From: Methanobacteriota archaeon
Lineage (GTDB): Archaea; Thermoplasmatota; Thermoplasmata; Methanomassiliicoccales; UBA472
Length of the DNA stretch: 64,000 nt
NCBI GenBank assembly: GCA_012729095.1
Contig: JAAYDU010000061.1
Span: 11,779 to 75,778 of the forward strand
Direction of reading: 5' to 3'
The position numbers and the translations under genes are program-made. Of this stretch, positions 19,878 to 29,749 are shown in pieces. The notes under the pieces were generated by a model that saw nothing but the letters and a program-made list of their open reading frames with translations, was not told the origin of the DNA and did not search any database. Positions within the stretch are counted from its first letter, which is position 1. Every line of letters starts with the position of its first letter.

Positions 19878-20609
19878 ATGCAGCACATCGATGTCTCACC
19901 CAACCTGCGGGTCCTCAACGGGCGGTGCGCCATGGTCCTTCCCTCCCGGACGCTGGTGCTGGGCGACATGCACCTGGGCATCGAGGCCAGCCTGGAGCTG
20001 GACGGCATGCAGCTTCCCCGCGCCCAGTCCAGGGAGATGGGGCGCAGGGTCGACGAGGTCGTGAAGGCCCACCCCCCGGAAAGGATAGTCGTGCTGGGGG
20101 ACCTCAAGCACGAGTTCTCCCGCAACCTGGACCAGGAGTGGTCGCAGGTGCGGTCAATGCTGGAGCATCTCGGTTCCATCGCCGATGTCACCGTCGTGCG
20201 TGGCAACCATGACAACTATTTGGCAACCATCACCTCCAGGCTCGGTCTCGATCTGGTCGACGAGGCGGTGGTGGACGGCGTGCACCTGTCGCACGGCCAC
20301 CTACCGCATCCCGGCCGGCCATTGGTGCAGGGGCACGAGCACCCCTCGGTGCGCCTTTTCGACGGCGTGGGGGGCTTCGTCAAGCTTCCGGCGTTCCTAT
20401 ACCACAGACAGGCGGAGGTCCTTGTAATACCGGCCTTCAGCCCCCTGGCCGCCGGGAACGACGTGAGCGCCCTGCTCTCCGGGGACGTGCTCTCGCCTGG
20501 CCTCCGGGACCTGGACATGGGAGAGGCCGAGGCGTTCGGCTGCAGCGACATAGGGATGATAAGGCTGGGCAAGGTCAGGGACCTGGAAAAACAGCGGCGC
20601 CGGGCATAG
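19878..20609 (+). CDS. Metallophosphoesterase (calcineurin-like)
   Basis: GDMHLG, LGDLKH, RGNHD, HGH, GHEHP, PAFSP. Confidence 0.9.
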   Translation: MQHIDVSPNLRVLNGRCAMVLPSRTLVLGDMHLGIEASLELDGMQLPRAQSREMGRRVDEVVKAHPPERIVVLGDLKHEFSRNLDQEWSQVRSMLEHLGSIADVTVVRGNHDNYLATITSRLGLDLVDEAVVDGVHLSHGHLPHPGRPLVQGHEHPSVRLFDGVGGFVKLPAFLYHRQAEVLVIPAFSPLAAGNDVSALLSGDVLSPGLRDLDMGEAEAFGCSDIGMIRLGKVRDLEKQRRRA

Positions 20610-20647
20610 GTTCAATAGATTCCAGGAACTTCCGGGTCTTGTTTGAA

Positions 20648-21589
20648 ATGCGTACCATAAGCGGAAAGAAGGTGCTCGTCACCGGCGGCGCCGGTTTCAT
20701 AGGCTCCAACATCGCCCATGAGCTGTGCGGTGACAATGAGGTGCTGGTTCTGGACGACCTGTCATCGGGAAAGAAGGAGAACCTTGACGGGCTGGACGTA
20801 GAGCTCATCACCGCCAGCATCAGGGACGCCGACAGGGTCCGCGAGGCCATGGAAGGTGTGGATTACGTATTCCATCACGCGGCGATCGCCTCCGTCCCGC
20901 GAAGCGTGGACGACCCTGTCTCCAGCAACCAGGTGAACGTCTGCGGGACCCTCAGGGTGCTAGTGGAGGCCAGGGACGCCAAGGTGCGCAAGGTGGTCTT
21001 CGCCTCCTCCTCCGCGATTTACGGCGATACCCCCTCCGAGATGAAGCGGGAAGGGGACCTCCCCGCTCCCATATCTCCCTACGCCGTCACCAAGATGACC
21101 GGCGAGATGTACTGCCGCAACTTCTGGCTGAACTATGGACTGCCTACATGCAGCCTCCGCTACTTCAACGTGTACGGTCCCCGCCAGGACCCCTCTTCCG
21201 ATTACGCGGCGGTGATACCGCGCTTCATCTCCGCGGCCCTGGACGGAAGGCCGCTGACCATATACGGTGACGGAGGGCAGACAAGGGACTTCATCTTCGT
21301 CCAGGACGTGGTGCGGGCGAACATATTGGCCGCCACGGACGAGAGGCATCACGGGGAGGTCTTCAACGTGGCCAATCAGAAGAAGGTCTCGGTCAAAGAG
21401 CTGGCGTCACAGGTGCTGAAGGCCCTGGGACGGGCGGAGAAGGGGAACATAGTACACCTGGAGGAGAGAAAGGGGGATATCAGGCATTCCCTGGCCGACA
21501 TCGGGAAGGCCCGCCGCATGCTGGACCTCTCACCCGGATATGACCTGGAGAAAGGGCTGGCCATCACGGTGGCGAGCATGAATAGATAG
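20648..21589 (+). CDS. NAD-dependent nucleotide-sugar epimerase/dehydratase
   Basis: TGGAGFIGS, YAVTK (YxxxK), RYFNVYGPRQ. Confidence 0.93.
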   Translation: MRTISGKKVLVTGGAGFIGSNIAHELCGDNEVLVLDDLSSGKKENLDGLDVELITASIRDADRVREAMEGVDYVFHHAAIASVPRSVDDPVSSNQVNVCGTLRVLVEARDAKVRKVVFASSSAIYGDTPSEMKREGDLPAPISPYAVTKMTGEMYCRNFWLNYGLPTCSLRYFNVYGPRQDPSSDYAAVIPRFISAALDGRPLTIYGDGGQTRDFIFVQDVVRANILAATDERHHGEVFNVANQKKVSVKELASQVLKALGRAEKGNIVHLEERKGDIRHSLADIGKARRMLDLSPGYDLEKGLAITVASMNR

Positions 21590-21677
21590 ATCGCCGGAGG
21601 CATATCACCTCTTCTTTTTATGATTCGGACCGAAAATTAATTACTGTCATGACCCCTATGCATTTCAGAGGGTTGGT

Positions 21678-21773
21678 TTGACGGAGTGCATCGTCTGCGG
21701 TTGTATATTGAAGAAGAACCAGGACAAATGCCCTGTTTGTGGCGCCTCCCAGAACGAGGACGACGATTATTGA
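21678..21773 (+). CDS. 31-aa rubredoxin-like/zinc-ribbon microprotein (MTECIVCGCILKKNQDKCPVCGASQNEDDDY)
   Basis: Not in ORF track; TTG start, CxxCG...CPxCG knuckles, TGA stop. Confidence 0.75.
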   Translation: MTECIVCGCILKKNQDKCPVCGASQNEDDDY

Positions 21774-21860
21774 TAGGCGATCGTAGGTCAGGGCAAGGCG
21801 GTTCTAAGGGCTATCCAGATGGGACCAACCTATTTCATTCGTGCTTCATTCCACCAAGCT

Positions 21861-22075
21861 CAGGGGCTCACCTGCAGGAGGTCGTTACATCGCAAGTTCA
21901 TGAACGCTCCTTGACCATGCGGAAGGCGGTCAACAAGCGTCACGCTTCTATCGCGGAGATGCTGAGTAAAGGAGCGTGCAGGGCCTTTCCGGACGGCATG
22001 CTCTAAAGGCAGGGTTTCCTGTCACAGACCACAGGTACGCCAATGAACTAGTGATCGTTACATGCGGGGACTTTG
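21861..22075 (+). ncRNA. Candidate multibranched structured RNA element
   Basis: By eye: CCTGCA/TGCGGG and ATCGC-AGTTCAT/ATGAACT-GTGAT close four hairpins; G-U pairs favour + strand. Confidence 0.4.
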
Positions 22076-22160
22076 CTCCGCCTTCATGATATTTATCTTT
22101 GGCTTATTATGGATGTAAGGCGTTTAAACACCATTAACAATAGCTCATGACATTACCATG

Positions 22161-22210
22161 TGGATGTATAATCCATCCAATGAAAACGGTATGGATGTCA
22201 CATCCATCCA
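22161..22210. promoter_or_regulatory. Two copies of TGGATG-N7-CATCCA, 31 bp apart, just upstream of TATA-like TTTATTA
   Basis: TGGATGtataatcCATCCA (22161-22179) and TGGATGtcacatcCATCCA (22192-22210). Confidence 0.75.
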
Positions 22211-22274
22211 TCAAAGAGTTTATTACTCTCGATTGAAATTTGGACGCAGAAAACTTCTTTGGAGGAAAATAGAA

Positions 22275-22910
22275 ATGGCAAATATGGACGCATTGATTGA
22301 GATTGTCGTTAAGGGAAGGATCAAGGAGTCGAAGGGAGCAACCCAGGCCCTCCTCGATGCCGGAGTCACCGCAAGGGAGATCATCTTTGATGGGCTGAGC
22401 AAGGCCATGGAGATCGTCGGTGAGAAGTACGAGAAGAAGGAGTACTTCCTGCCCCAGGTTCTTCTGTCCGCCCAGACCCTGTACCAGGGATTGAACCTGG
22501 CCCTGCCGAAGTTGGACACCGCTTCCGCCGATGCTGCCGGAAAGATAGTCATCTGCGTGGTCGAGGGAGATGTCCACGACATCGGCAAGAACATCTGCAA
22601 GGCCCTGCTGACCGGCGCTGGCAACACCATGTTTGACATGGGTCGCGACGTGCCTCTGAAGGACATCATACAGAAGGCCAAGGACGAGAACGTCAACATC
22701 ATCGCCACCTCTACCCTCATGACCCCCACCCTGGCGGGCATGAAGGAGATCGAGAAGATGCTGGCCGAGGGCGGCCTGAAGGGCAAGATAAAGACCATGG
22801 TCGGCGGCGGTGCCACCTCCCAGGACTTTGCCAAGAGCATCGGTGCGGATGGCTGGGGCTACGACGCGAACGAGGCCGTTCGTGTTGCCGTCCAGCTCCT
22901 GAAACACTAA
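22275..22910 (+). CDS. Methyltransferase cognate corrinoid protein (MtaC/MtmC-like)
   Basis: EYFLPQVL cap; VEGDVHDIGKN (DxHxxG); STLMT; VGGG; RBS GGAGG. Confidence 0.93.
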   Translation: MANMDALIEIVVKGRIKESKGATQALLDAGVTAREIIFDGLSKAMEIVGEKYEKKEYFLPQVLLSAQTLYQGLNLALPKLDTASADAAGKIVICVVEGDVHDIGKNICKALLTGAGNTMFDMGRDVPLKDIIQKAKDENVNIIATSTLMTPTLAGMKEIEKMLAEGGLKGKIKTMVGGGATSQDFAKSIGADGWGYDANEAVRVAVQLLKH

Positions 22911-22928
22911 AGGGGCATCGCCCCAAAT

Positions 22929-22945
22929 TCCTTTTTTTTATTTAA
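22929..22945 (+). terminator. Oligo-T archaeal terminator
   Basis: T-run directly after the corrinoid gene. Confidence 0.55.
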
Positions 22946-23027
22946 TCTTATAATAATAAGATAGCTATAATAAAAATAACAGTGCAAAATTTTATACTTG
23001 CAGGTCATCATAATGTACAGGTTGAAA

Positions 23028-23837
23028 ATGTCCTCCAATGAGATCGCTGTAGAAAAGGAGATCGCGCATATCAAGCGAAAGGTGGAGGAGATGGGGCTCG
23101 AACTTCGGTACATAAGCGCCATGTTGCAGAGCTCTCAGGGGCCGGATTTCCGACGACCTGAGATGTTCGACATGCTGAGGGACGAGGCGCGGCAGAAGGC
23201 GGAAGGCCGTCTGGACGCGGGAATGGCCAAGAGATGCGAGATGCGTCCGGAATGCCGCCAAAGGTTCATGGAGCTCCTGGACGAGAACCTCCGGCTTCTG
23301 GACCGCCCGCGGATCGCCGAGGAGGACATTGAGCGTCAATCGGAAAAGCTGGCATCCCTGCGCTCGATGGCCGCCTCGGGAGGGTGCGAGGAGTGCTTCC
23401 GCGAGGTTGGCTCGATCTTCCAAGACCAGACCGAGCTGATGCATCAGCTGCAGCTTTACCGCAGCAGGGACGAGGTCCGGGACAGCATAGAGGTGATGCC
23501 GGAAGCGACGGTGGTGCGCGACATACTGGAGCCGCTTTCCAACCCCCAGAGGATGTTGATAATGAAGGCGCTTAGCCGTTCCCAAAGGTCGTTCACCGAA
23601 CTTTCCTCGATAACCAACCTTCGCGGGGGGAACCTGCTGTTCCACCTGCAGAGGCTGACAGGTACCGGCATGGTGTTCCAGAGAGGAGGGCATGGCGAAT
23701 ACGCCCTCACTCAAAAGGGCCAGAGGTCTCTGGAGGCGGTGAGCGACCTTTACATCAGAACGTCCGTCGCGGAGCAGCAGGGAACGGCCGTCATCAACGA
23801 TCACGAACGGGCGCCCATGTCCGCCAGGACCGAATGA
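23028..23837 (+). CDS. Winged-helix regulator with Cys-rich N-terminal domain
   Basis: CEMRPEC...CEEC, then EPLSNPQRMLIM...GGNLLFHLQRL...YALTQKG. Confidence 0.82.
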   Translation: MSSNEIAVEKEIAHIKRKVEEMGLELRYISAMLQSSQGPDFRRPEMFDMLRDEARQKAEGRLDAGMAKRCEMRPECRQRFMELLDENLRLLDRPRIAEEDIERQSEKLASLRSMAASGGCEECFREVGSIFQDQTELMHQLQLYRSRDEVRDSIEVMPEATVVRDILEPLSNPQRMLIMKALSRSQRSFTELSSITNLRGGNLLFHLQRLTGTGMVFQRGGHGEYALTQKGQRSLEAVSDLYIRTSVAEQQGTAVINDHERAPMSARTE

Positions 23838-23857
23838 TGGCGCAACTTGTATAATCA

Positions 23858-25255
23858 ATGAGATTGGTATCTAAAAAACCGGGGGAGTGGATGAAGGGTA
23901 TATCTAGCCGCACGTTGCCGGGTACGATACTGGGCTGGGTCCTCGCCTTCGAAGGTTTCTTCGCCCTGAGCATATCCGGTAGTGCCCACATAGATGGCAT
24001 AGGTACCATTACCGCCAGCACGTTCAACCTGGCGGCGGCGCAGCTGGTCGCCCTGGGGATATTCATCTCCGCCATATGGGCCTTCAAGATCGCGTTCCCC
24101 CTTATGGAAAGGCCCGCGCTGGTCAAACTTTTCAACATCCTCGCCTACCTGGCGATGGCTATCGTCGCCCTGGAAGGGCTGGCCATAACTTTGATGGCTG
24201 GCGATGTGAGCATCAGCGGTCTCGGAGGCGTGGGGAAGAGATGGATAGCGCTGACAGGCGCGCAGCTCTTCGCCATAGGGCTGATGTCCCTGCGCCTGTG
24301 GCGCCTGAGGAACTCCATCCCGGCCAACTGGCTTGCGGACCTGCTCGGTTCCATGGCCGCTGTACTGCTGGCCGCCGAGGGCCTCACGGCCATGGGTATC
24401 GCCGGCAATGCCACCATACAAGGGTTCGGCGGCATACTGGAACGAACGGTGTTCTACGGGGGGGCCGGTCTTCTCGCCCTTGGTCTGGCGATGTTCGCCA
24501 TGTGGTCCCTTCTCAACGACCCCTGGGCGGGAAAGCGCCTCGGCAAGCTGCTCAAGGCACGATGGTCCCTGGTCATCCTGACCGCCCTGGGCGCTGTAAT
24601 CATGGGAGCGGCGATAGCCGCCTCCACCGTTGCCGGAACGGTCACCGTGGAGGGTTCCTCCGGAGCCTCCAAGATATACGTGGTTGCGGGCATAGCCCAG
24701 CTGTTCGGGCTCGGGCTGATCTCCCCCATACTGTGGAAGTTAAGCCTGGACCCCCTGGACCGTTCTGGTCTGTACCACCTCATATCCTCCGCCTCCCTGG
24801 CCGTGCTGGCCATCGAGGGGGTGTTCGCCATGGGTTTGGCCGCGAACACAAACATCGAGGGGCTGGGCGGCATACTGGAACAGACGTTCCGAATGGCGGG
24901 CGCGCAGCTTCTGGTCCTTTCAGGCATAGGCATACTTGCCTGGCTGGTGAAGGACAGCCCGCTGCTTTCCGAATGGCCGAAGCGCGTGGTCTCCTCGGCG
25001 TTCCTGATCTCCTCGGCTATCATCGCCTTGGAGGGGATCGCGGTCATCGTCATGGCGGTCAACATTCGCATAGACGGGTTCAGCGGCGTCGGGGAAAGGT
25101 ACGTGCTCCTGGGCGGGGTGCAGATGCTTCTCCTGGCGTCCTTGGCGCTTCTGTGCTGGTCCCGGACCAGCGGCACGACAGCCAATTTCAGAACGGCGGG
25201 CACCGCCGCGGCGGCCTTCCTGGTGCTCATGATGCCCTTTGCCCTGCTGCTCTGA
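23858..25255 (+). CDS. Polytopic membrane protein built of six helical-hairpin repeats
   Basis: Repeated EG...IxGxGG...AQL units; about 13 TM segments. Confidence 0.8.
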   Translation: MRLVSKKPGEWMKGISSRTLPGTILGWVLAFEGFFALSISGSAHIDGIGTITASTFNLAAAQLVALGIFISAIWAFKIAFPLMERPALVKLFNILAYLAMAIVALEGLAITLMAGDVSISGLGGVGKRWIALTGAQLFAIGLMSLRLWRLRNSIPANWLADLLGSMAAVLLAAEGLTAMGIAGNATIQGFGGILERTVFYGGAGLLALGLAMFAMWSLLNDPWAGKRLGKLLKARWSLVILTALGAVIMGAAIAASTVAGTVTVEGSSGASKIYVVAGIAQLFGLGLISPILWKLSLDPLDRSGLYHLISSASLAVLAIEGVFAMGLAANTNIEGLGGILEQTFRMAGAQLLVLSGIGILAWLVKDSPLLSEWPKRVVSSAFLISSAIIALEGIAVIVMAVNIRIDGFSGVGERYVLLGGVQMLLLASLALLCWSRTSGTTANFRTAGTAAAAFLVLMMPFALLL

Positions 25256-25306
25256 CCCAGTTAATTTCTTATATATCGGCCTTCGTAGATGCGGAGAGAG
25301 ATCAAC

Positions 25307-27277
25307 ATGGCTGCTAGAAGATTGGGATTGGGACTGGACACTGGCGGTACCTACACCGACGCCGCGATCGTTGACATGGACACATTGGAGGTGTTGGCCA
25401 AGGGCAAGTCCCAGACCACCTATCAGGACCTTTCCATCGGAATGCTCGGTGCGATAGACGAGGCATTGCATAGCGACGCTTACGATCGGGCGGACATAAA
25501 TTTCGTGGGGCTGTCCACCACCCTGGCCACCAACTCCATACTCACCGGAAAAGGGGGAAAGGTCGGCCACATAGGCATCGGCTGGACGCCCATGCCCGGT
25601 TACAGGTCCGGCGCAGACATGGACGCCTACGTGCAAGGTGGCCACGGGGTATGGGCGCAGCAGCAGGCCCCCCTGGACACAAAGGCTTTGGACGAAGCGA
25701 TCGGGTCCATGAGGGACGAGGTGGACTCCTTCGTGGTCTCTAGCCATTTCAGCGTTTACAACCCCTCCCACGAGCTGGAGGCGGCCCGCAGGATCAAGGA
25801 GCTCACCGGGTTGCCGGTGGTGCTGGGTCATCATCTGACATCTCAGCTGGGAGTGCCCGAGAGGAGCGTGACGGCCGTATTGAACGCCCGGCTGCTTCCG
25901 ATAATCTCTGATTTCCTGGACGGAGTGGAGAGGTCCCTGATGGAAAGGGGGGTAGATGCCACCATACTGGTGTTCAAGGGCGACGGCACCCTGATGAACA
26001 TCGAGAAGGCCAGGGAAAGGCCGGTGGAGACCATACTGTCCGGACCGGCGGCCAGCCTGATGGGCGGCAAGCTGCTGTGCAAGAAGGACAACTTCATGGT
26101 GGTGGACATCGGGGGAACCTCCACGGACATAGCGTATCTGGACGACGGGTTCCCTCGCATATCCAAGGAGGGGGCCACCGTCGGTCACTGGCGGACCAGG
26201 GTACGGGCCATAGACATATGGACGGTGGGGCTGGGAGGCGATTCCCACGTCATCTCCGACCAGCGCGGCCGTTTCAAGATAGGTCCGGAAAGGGTGGTCC
26301 CCCTGTCCGTGGCCTCATCCTCCTATCCCAACATCAAGGACAAGATGAACTCCACCAGCGAGACCAATTACTACCTTCACGTGGAAAGGAACACCTCCAA
26401 GCTGTCCGAGAAGGAGAGGGCGCTCTATCAGTTCGTCAAGGCCAACCCGATATGCACCCTGGAGGAGATACGCCTTGGCGTTCCGGAGGTGTACACCTAC
26501 CGGGACCTGGTCAAGCGGCTCAAGGACCGCGGCTTCCTGCAGATGACCGGGCTCACCGCCACGGACTTCATGCACGTGCAGGGGCACTTCGACCGTTTCG
26601 ATACGGAAGCAGCCACGTTAGGGGTACAATTCATGGCCAACTGGGGGCACAAGCCCTTCGACGAGTACGTCGGATCGTTCCAGAGGGAGTTCGTCACCCG
26701 GGTGGGCGAGGAGGTCATGCGCAAGGTGGTCTTGGACGAATCGGGGGACATGCCCGAGAGCCCCGGTTTCAACTACGTGCTGAGATCCATGGTCAACGGG
26801 AACTCGGGGAGCAGCATAGGCGCCCATACCGCTCTGGACCGGCCATTGGTGGGCATAGGGGCTCCCACGCACATTTACATGCCGCCGCTGGAGGAAAGGA
26901 TGGACGTCGAGGTGATCATGCCCAGGGACCACGATGTCGGGAACGCAGTGGGAGCGGTGTGCAGCCAGATATCCGAGACGGTGACCGCGCAGGTCTTCCC
27001 GAACATGGACAACGTGTTCTTCGTGCTCGGGCCGTTCGGCTCTCCGATGACCTATTCCCACGTGGAGCAGGCCATCAGCTCCGCCCGCCGGCATGCTGAG
27101 GAGTACGTGAGGCAGAGGGTGTACGAGGCGGGGGCGGAGAACATCCGCGTGCGCAGCGACACATACGAGAACAAGTTCTTCGGCGGTGACAACGTGGAAG
27201 GGGAGCAGGTGGCATGGGTGGACATCGTGGCCAGGGCGACCGGGGACCCCGTCTCCAAGGATAAGAAGGCTCTCTGA
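25307..27277 (+). CDS. Hydantoinase/oxoprolinase family protein (ASKHA ATPase)
   Basis: GLDTGGTYTDA, STTLATN, TILSGPAAS, VDIGGTSTD, GLGGDS, GNAVGA. Confidence 0.9.
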   Translation: MAARRLGLGLDTGGTYTDAAIVDMDTLEVLAKGKSQTTYQDLSIGMLGAIDEALHSDAYDRADINFVGLSTTLATNSILTGKGGKVGHIGIGWTPMPGYRSGADMDAYVQGGHGVWAQQQAPLDTKALDEAIGSMRDEVDSFVVSSHFSVYNPSHELEAARRIKELTGLPVVLGHHLTSQLGVPERSVTAVLNARLLPIISDFLDGVERSLMERGVDATILVFKGDGTLMNIEKARERPVETILSGPAASLMGGKLLCKKDNFMVVDIGGTSTDIAYLDDGFPRISKEGATVGHWRTRVRAIDIWTVGLGGDSHVISDQRGRFKIGPERVVPLSVASSSYPNIKDKMNSTSETNYYLHVERNTSKLSEKERALYQFVKANPICTLEEIRLGVPEVYTYRDLVKRLKDRGFLQMTGLTATDFMHVQGHFDRFDTEAATLGVQFMANWGHKPFDEYVGSFQREFVTRVGEEVMRKVVLDESGDMPESPGFNYVLRSMVNGNSGSSIGAHTALDRPLVGIGAPTHIYMPPLEERMDVEVIMPRDHDVGNAVGAVCSQISETVTAQVFPNMDNVFFVLGPFGSPMTYSHVEQAISSARRHAEEYVRQRVYEAGAENIRVRSDTYENKFFGGDNVEGEQVAWVDIVARATGDPVSKDKKAL

Positions 27278-27467
27278 CATCAACAACCGGACCTACACAG
27301 GTCCTACGCTACCGCGGGACGGGATCGCCAACCGGGGGCGATCGGAATGGCGAGCGCCCGGTCAATGAGCTTTCGCCCGAAGCGTGCTATGGACGAATGT
27401 CAAAGAACAGTCCCAAAAAACAATTCTCAATGAAAAAAATGAAAAAAGAAAGGATTTGAGGGCCTTT

Positions 27468-28493
27468 TTAGCCCTTTATGGCCTTGACGATGGCAGCCAG
27501 GTTCTCGTCGGCTATGAGCGCGGACAGCCCGCATCCCGGAGATATGACATCGAAACCGGCAGCCGCACAGCGCTTGGCATGTGCCGCGCAGTCCGCAGGG
27601 GTTCCCTGCAGCAGCGGGTTCACAACGCCGATGTTCCCGATGAGCGCGGCGCGCTTGTTGACGATCTTGACGCCCTCTTCAGGAACGACCTTCTCCTCGA
27701 TGGACAGGGCCTTGACGCCGACATTGATCATGTTGTTCAGGATGTCGGTGGTGTTGCCGCATATGTGCAGGACACCGGTGGCGCCCTTCACGCTAGCGAG
27801 GGAGTCTCCCATGTAGTATCCAGCATACTCGTCGAACATGTCCGGGGACAGCAGGTCGGTGCTGGCGGACGGCTCGGACATCTGGACCACATCGGCCCCG
27901 GCATCCGACAGCGCCTGGGTGTATCCCTTGCATATCACGTTGGCGGCGGCGACCCACTTCTTGACGAGGTCCGGGTCGACCATGATGTACAGCACGAGGT
28001 TCTCGGTGCTGACGCAGTGGCCAGCCAAGGTGAACGGTCCGGTGTTGCCGGCGATGATCGGGTACTCGGCCCCGAACTCCGCCTTCATCTTCGTTATGGC
28101 CTCCTGGCAGATGGCCGCGCGGCCGCTCTTCAGGAAATCGTCGACGCCCATCAGGTTAGGCTCGTCCTCGAGTGCGAAGGGGTGTCCCTTCACCATCGGG
28201 GTCCTGTCCTTGCGGCCCTGGTCGACGGTGGTCACTTTAAGGCTGTCTATCTCAACGGTCAAGCAGAACGGGGCGCGAACGGCCTCGAACCCGAATACCT
28301 TGGCCTGTCCAGATCCCAGCTTGACCATCTTGTCGACGTCGTAGTGGGCCTCAGGCCATGATACTCCCAGCTTGTCCATCTGTCCCATGGTTGCGCTCTG
28401 CGTGAAAACGGCGACCGGCGGCCGGTCGTGCTGCTTTCCCGCCAACGCGTCCAACACTCTGTCCCTTGGAGTCAATTTTTCAGACAAATTCAT
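27468..28493 (-). CDS. mtaA: MtaA/CmuA family methylcobamide:CoM methyltransferase
   Basis: UroD fold; VSWPEAH, PFCLTVE, GPFTLA, Zn ligands HICG and PGCG. Confidence 0.85.
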   Translation of the reverse strand: MNLSEKLTPRDRVLDALAGKQHDRPPVAVFTQSATMGQMDKLGVSWPEAHYDVDKMVKLGSGQAKVFGFEAVRAPFCLTVEIDSLKVTTVDQGRKDRTPMVKGHPFALEDEPNLMGVDDFLKSGRAAICQEAITKMKAEFGAEYPIIAGNTGPFTLAGHCVSTENLVLYIMVDPDLVKKWVAAANVICKGYTQALSDAGADVVQMSEPSASTDLLSPDMFDEYAGYYMGDSLASVKGATGVLHICGNTTDILNNMINVGVKALSIEEKVVPEEGVKIVNKRAALIGNIGVVNPLLQGTPADCAAHAKRCAAAGFDVISPGCGLSALIADENLAAIVKAIKG

Positions 28494-28669
28494 TCCCCCT
28501 ATAATCCAGTAGGATTCTGACCTGTTTCGAGTATCATATTTTCCGTACATTAATCTATCGGGTATGATTGTGAGCATTACATCCTTTAACGTGGTTAAAC
28601 CCGTGATATCTGGCATGGTAGAGGCCCTATGAAACGATTGTAAAAAACATTAACAAACGTTCAACCAAC

Positions 28670-29710
28670 CTAGGGGGAAGGCAACCGTCCTGCTACCGCC
28701 TCGCGAAGGGCGGCAATGTTCTCCAACGGGGTCTTGAAGGCCATCTCGCATCCCGGGGCCATCATGTAACCCGGTCCTTCTCCCCAGTCGGACATCATAG
28801 CCCTCGCCTCGAGGGCCACCTCCTCCGGGGAGCCCCTGAACATCAGGAACATCTGGTCAATGCCCCCGACCACCGTTGTCCTGGAGCGGAACATGTCGTA
28901 AACGTCCTTGCGGTCCTCGGCCTTGGGGGTGACGTGCAGGGCGTCAACCTTCATTTCCAGGTATCCATCGAGGTAAGGGTTCGCGGCGCAGTTGTGCACT
29001 ATGGACCTCAGGCCTTTCGAGCTGAACGAGGAGAGCACATCGGAAAGGAAGCCGAGGTCGAACCTCCGCAACCCCTCCACGGAGTTCACGTCGGCGCTGC
29101 AGGTGCCATCCTCTATGAAGACATGGTACACGCCCATTCTCGCCAGGTGCTCTCCGTACATGGCCGAGGACATGACCAGCTTCTTCATCAGCTCCTCGAC
29201 AGGCCCAGGTTCCGACCAGGTGGCGATCAGAAGGTCCTCGTACCCCATGACCTCCCCGCACATCATCATCGGCCCGTTTATGCACCCGACCACGGCCACC
29301 TCCTTTCCGCAGGTCTCATGAAGCGTTCCCGCCGCCCTGAGCGGAACGGACCAGAACTCGTCCTTCATGGGATCGACGGGTTGCACCTTATCGATGTCAG
29401 CAAGTGAGGATATGGCGTAAACGTCGGAGCGGGGGTAATAGTCCTTCTCCGGCCACTTCCAGGAGGTCCCGTGCGCGTGCGCCTCCACCAGAATGTCTCC
29501 CCATCCGGCCATGACGTTGTCGAAACCGGTGACCCTCTGGGCGGCCATGCATATCCTGGCGAACCTCTCCGGGTCGTGATAGCCCTCCCGCATGGTCAGC
29601 CCGGCGGCCTTCAGGACGGACCTGGCCGCTCCGAGGTGCTGGTACATTATCGGTGGCCGATCCACCGGCGACCTCTCGATGGCCGCCTCGAACCTCTCCC
29701 GCGGGAACAT
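28670..29710 (-). CDS. Second UroD/MtaA-like methyltransferase
   Basis: DRPP start, VEAHAHG, HNCA and APGCE Zn-ligand motifs, TPLENI. Confidence 0.8.
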   Translation of the reverse strand: MFPRERFEAAIERSPVDRPPIMYQHLGAARSVLKAAGLTMREGYHDPERFARICMAAQRVTGFDNVMAGWGDILVEAHAHGTSWKWPEKDYYPRSDVYAISSLADIDKVQPVDPMKDEFWSVPLRAAGTLHETCGKEVAVVGCINGPMMMCGEVMGYEDLLIATWSEPGPVEELMKKLVMSSAMYGEHLARMGVYHVFIEDGTCSADVNSVEGLRRFDLGFLSDVLSSFSSKGLRSIVHNCAANPYLDGYLEMKVDALHVTPKAEDRKDVYDMFRSRTTVVGGIDQMFLMFRGSPEEVALEARAMMSDWGEGPGYMMAPGCEMAFKTPLENIAALREAVAGRLPSP

Positions 29711-29749
29711 GTCACTCGAAGTGCCTGCCCTTTAGATATCCTTTACCGC

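Noticed and set aside
27287-27365. Hairpin cluster (GGACCT/AGGTCC, GATCGCC/GGCGATC) between the convergent hydantoinase-like gene and mtaA
   Set aside because: Short GC-rich 3' region with no promoter; plausible as ordinary terminator/UTR structure.
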